The notes below the pieces were generated by a model that was not told the DNA's origin, did no database searches, and saw only the letters and a list, made by a program, of their open reading frames with translations. Made by a program: the position numbers and the translations under genes. Source: Christensenella sp. UBA1750 (GTDB lineage: Bacteria > Bacillota > Clostridia > Christensenellales > UBA1750). Taken from it: a stretch of 39,352 bases of DNA. Position 1 is the stretch's first letter. Each line of letters opens with the position of its first letter. Location: the NCBI GenBank assembly GCA_002315655.1, contig DCHO01000041.1, positions 13,099-52,450 on the forward strand, read 5' to 3'. Positions 37,280 through 39,352 of the stretch are shown here, piece after piece.

Positions 37280-39352
37280 TTACTCGTTCGTTACCAGTTT
37301 GGTATAGTAGCCGTCTTCATTCTGAATGAGCTGCTCATGCGTGCCGCGCTCCACAACATGACCGTGATCCAGCACCACGATCTCGTCGCAGTCGCGGATG
37401 GTGGAAAGTCTGTGCGCGATGACGATGCAGGTGATGCCGCGGTTGCGGATGGAATTGACCACCTCGTATTCCGTCTTGGCATCCAGTGCGCTTGTCGCTT
37501 CGTCCAGAATGATGATGGTGGGATCCTGCGCCAACACACGGGCGATCTCCAGTCTCTGACGCTGACCGCCGGAGAAATCCTTACCGCCTTCAATGAGCTT
37601 GTGCTTGTAGCCCTCGGGGCGATCCATAATGTCATCATGAACATGAGCGTCGCGGGCAGCCAGAATCATCTCGAAGTCCTCGATGGAATCATCCCACATC
37701 TTGATGTTGTTGGCAATGGTGTCTTCAAAGAGGATAATGTCCTGATCGACGACGGCGACCGAGCCGGTGAAAACGGAATGGTCGATCTCCGTGATGGGCT
37801 TGCCGTCAAAGAGAATCTCGCCGCTCCGGGGCTGATACATACCGGAAATCAGCTTGGACAGCGTAGACTTGCCACAGCCGGAAGCGCCGACAAAGGCGAT
37901 GCGCTGGCCGGGCTCGACCTTCATATTGAAGTTCTCGATGAGCGGCTTATCCAGCGGAGAATACCCGAAAGACAGATCTTTGATCTCGATGCTGCCGGAG
38001 AGCTTGGCCATTTCCTGCTCCTGATCGGTGTTCTCGAAAAGGTTCGCATCCGTGGGATACTCCATAACGTCCTCGATGCGCTCCATCTGGGTGCGCATTT
38101 CGGTGATGGTCTGGGAGGCGGTGATCAGGGAGGTGGCAGGCGCCATAAAGGAAGCGAAGAAGCCCTGGAAGGCGGTGATCATACCTAAGGTGAACTCACC
38201 CTGCATGGTCAGGTAAACGCCGATGCCCAGAATCAGCATGGAGGAAATGGCGGAAACCGCGCCGGGGATGAGACCCAAATACTGATTTAAGCGGGAGAAA
38301 TTGACGGTCTGCTTGTTGACGGAGGCCTGATAGCCCGACCACTTCTCAAAGAAGCCGTCCTCCGCGCCGGAAGCCTTGATGGTCTCCATCATCTGAATGC
38401 CGGAAACGGTGGTGCCGTAGAGCTTGCCCGCGTCTCTGGCCTGCACACGGGTCACATTGACGCGCTTCTTGGAAATGAACTGGGAGATGGCCATGTTGAT
38501 GATCACGTTGGCGATACCGACCATGGTCAATATCCAGGAATACCGCAGCATGACGACCAGGTAGAAGATCATCATGCCGGTGTTCAGCACAAGCGGCGCC
38601 AGGGTGTTGACCAGCGTATTGGAAACGGAAAAGTTGGAGTTCTGTCTGGACTGCACATCACCCACCATGCGCTGAGAGAAGAAGTGCATGGGCAGCCGCA
38701 GCACCTTCCACATGAAGGACATGGAGCCCACGACCGACATTTTGCCGTTGATTTTCAGCATGGACGAGGTGGTGAGCAGCGACAGCATGACCTGCAGGAT
38801 ATAAACCCCGGCCAGCGCAAACATGAACGGCATCACCCATTCGGGATTCTGCTGGGTGAGCAGGCGGTCCAAGAACACGCGGCTGAAAATCGGCGTGATG
38901 ATACCGAGCAGGGAGGTGATCACGGTGGTCAGCGTGATGAAGGCCACAGCGGAACCTAAGCCGATCAGTCTCTTTCTCGCAAACGCCCAGACCGATTTGG
39001 GTCTGCCGTCCGGCACAAAGGCATCCGTAGGCTCAAAGGTCAGCGTGATGCCGGTAAAGGCCTCGTCAAAGTCCTTCATGGGCACGGAATAGCTGCCCTT
39101 TGCCGGGTCATTGATGTATGCCTTGTCGCCTTTGAAGCCGTCGAGCACGACAAAGTGGTTGAAGTTCCAGTGAATGATGCAGGGGAAGGTGCCCATTTCC
39201 CGCAGCGCTTCGGGTTCATAGCGGAAACCGGAGGCCTTGAGACCGTAATGCCGCGCCGCCTTGATGACGTTCATGGCATTACTGCCGTCACGGGACACGC
39301 CGCAGTCCACACGCACCTGCTCCAGCGGAATCCATTTGCCGTAATAGGCAAG
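37280..39352 (-). CDS. NHLP/NHLM bacteriocin-system ABC transporter with C39 peptidase (TIGR03796-like), 5'-truncated by window edge
   Basis: Frame stays open to 39352 (LAYYGKWIPLEQVRVDCGVSRDGS); C39 His/Asp motifs HWNFNHFVV and INDPA; GASGCGKST, FSGGQRQR. Confidence 0.88.
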   Translation of the reverse strand, partial: LAYYGKWIPLEQVRVDCGVSRDGSNAMNVIKAARHYGLKASGFRYEPEALREMGTFPCIIHWNFNHFVVLDGFKGDKAYINDPAKGSYSVPMKDFDEAFTGITLTFEPTDAFVPDGRPKSVWAFARKRLIGLGSAVAFITLTTVITSLLGIITPIFSRVFLDRLLTQQNPEWVMPFMFALAGVYILQVMLSLLTTSSMLKINGKMSVVGSMSFMWKVLRLPMHFFSQRMVGDVQSRQNSNFSVSNTLVNTLAPLVLNTGMMIFYLVVMLRYSWILTMVGIANVIINMAISQFISKKRVNVTRVQARDAGKLYGTTVSGIQMMETIKASGAEDGFFEKWSGYQASVNKQTVNFSRLNQYLGLIPGAVSAISSMLILGIGVYLTMQGEFTLGMITAFQGFFASFMAPATSLITASQTITEMRTQMERIEDVMEYPTDANLFENTDQEQEMAKLSGSIEIKDLSFGYSPLDKPLIENFNMKVEPGQRIAFVGASGCGKSTLSKLISGMYQPRSGEILFDGKPITEIDHSVFTGSVAVVDQDIILFEDTIANNIKMWDDSIEDFEMILAARDAHVHDDIMDRPEGYKHKLIEGGKDFSGGQRQRLEIARVLAQDPTIIILDEATSALDAKTEYEVVNSIRNRGITCIVIAHRLSTIRDCDEIVVLDHGHVVERGTHEQLIQNEDGYYTKLVTNE

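Overview
Window from a moderately GC-rich (estimated by eye) Clostridia/Firmicutes-type chromosome, with sigmaA promoters, strong Shine-Dalgarno sites and standard genetic code. I found no rRNA, tRNA, CRISPR array or mobile element. Housekeeping blocks: an arginine operon (argG, three tandem amino-acid-binding lipoproteins, permease, ATPase, argF) with ARG-box-like sites; gdhA; uxuA plus a uxuB-like SDR; a class II aldolase; a radical SAM pair with rng; rplU-prp-rpmA with an L21 leader; and an 8-oxoG glycosylase. These are interleaved with many carbohydrate-enzyme-like genes that lack obvious signal peptides: four Asp-box (BNR) sialidase-fold proteins without the canonical RIP motif, a fifth divergent propeller, a GH109-type NAD-dependent enzyme, a 776-aa clan GH-D-like protein and a GH2. 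The left edge holds the 5' end of a NifU-like gene missed by the ORF track, divergent from an XRE/S24 regulator. The right edge holds an NHLP-type two-ABC peptide exporter operon ending in an ECF sigma factor. The best candidates for undescribed biology are the non-canonical glycosidase set, the triplicated binding proteins with an HDLP-variant ArgF, the NHLP-ECF module, and a SigE-like promoter nested in a terminator. All family assignments come from motif recognition by eye, not database searches.
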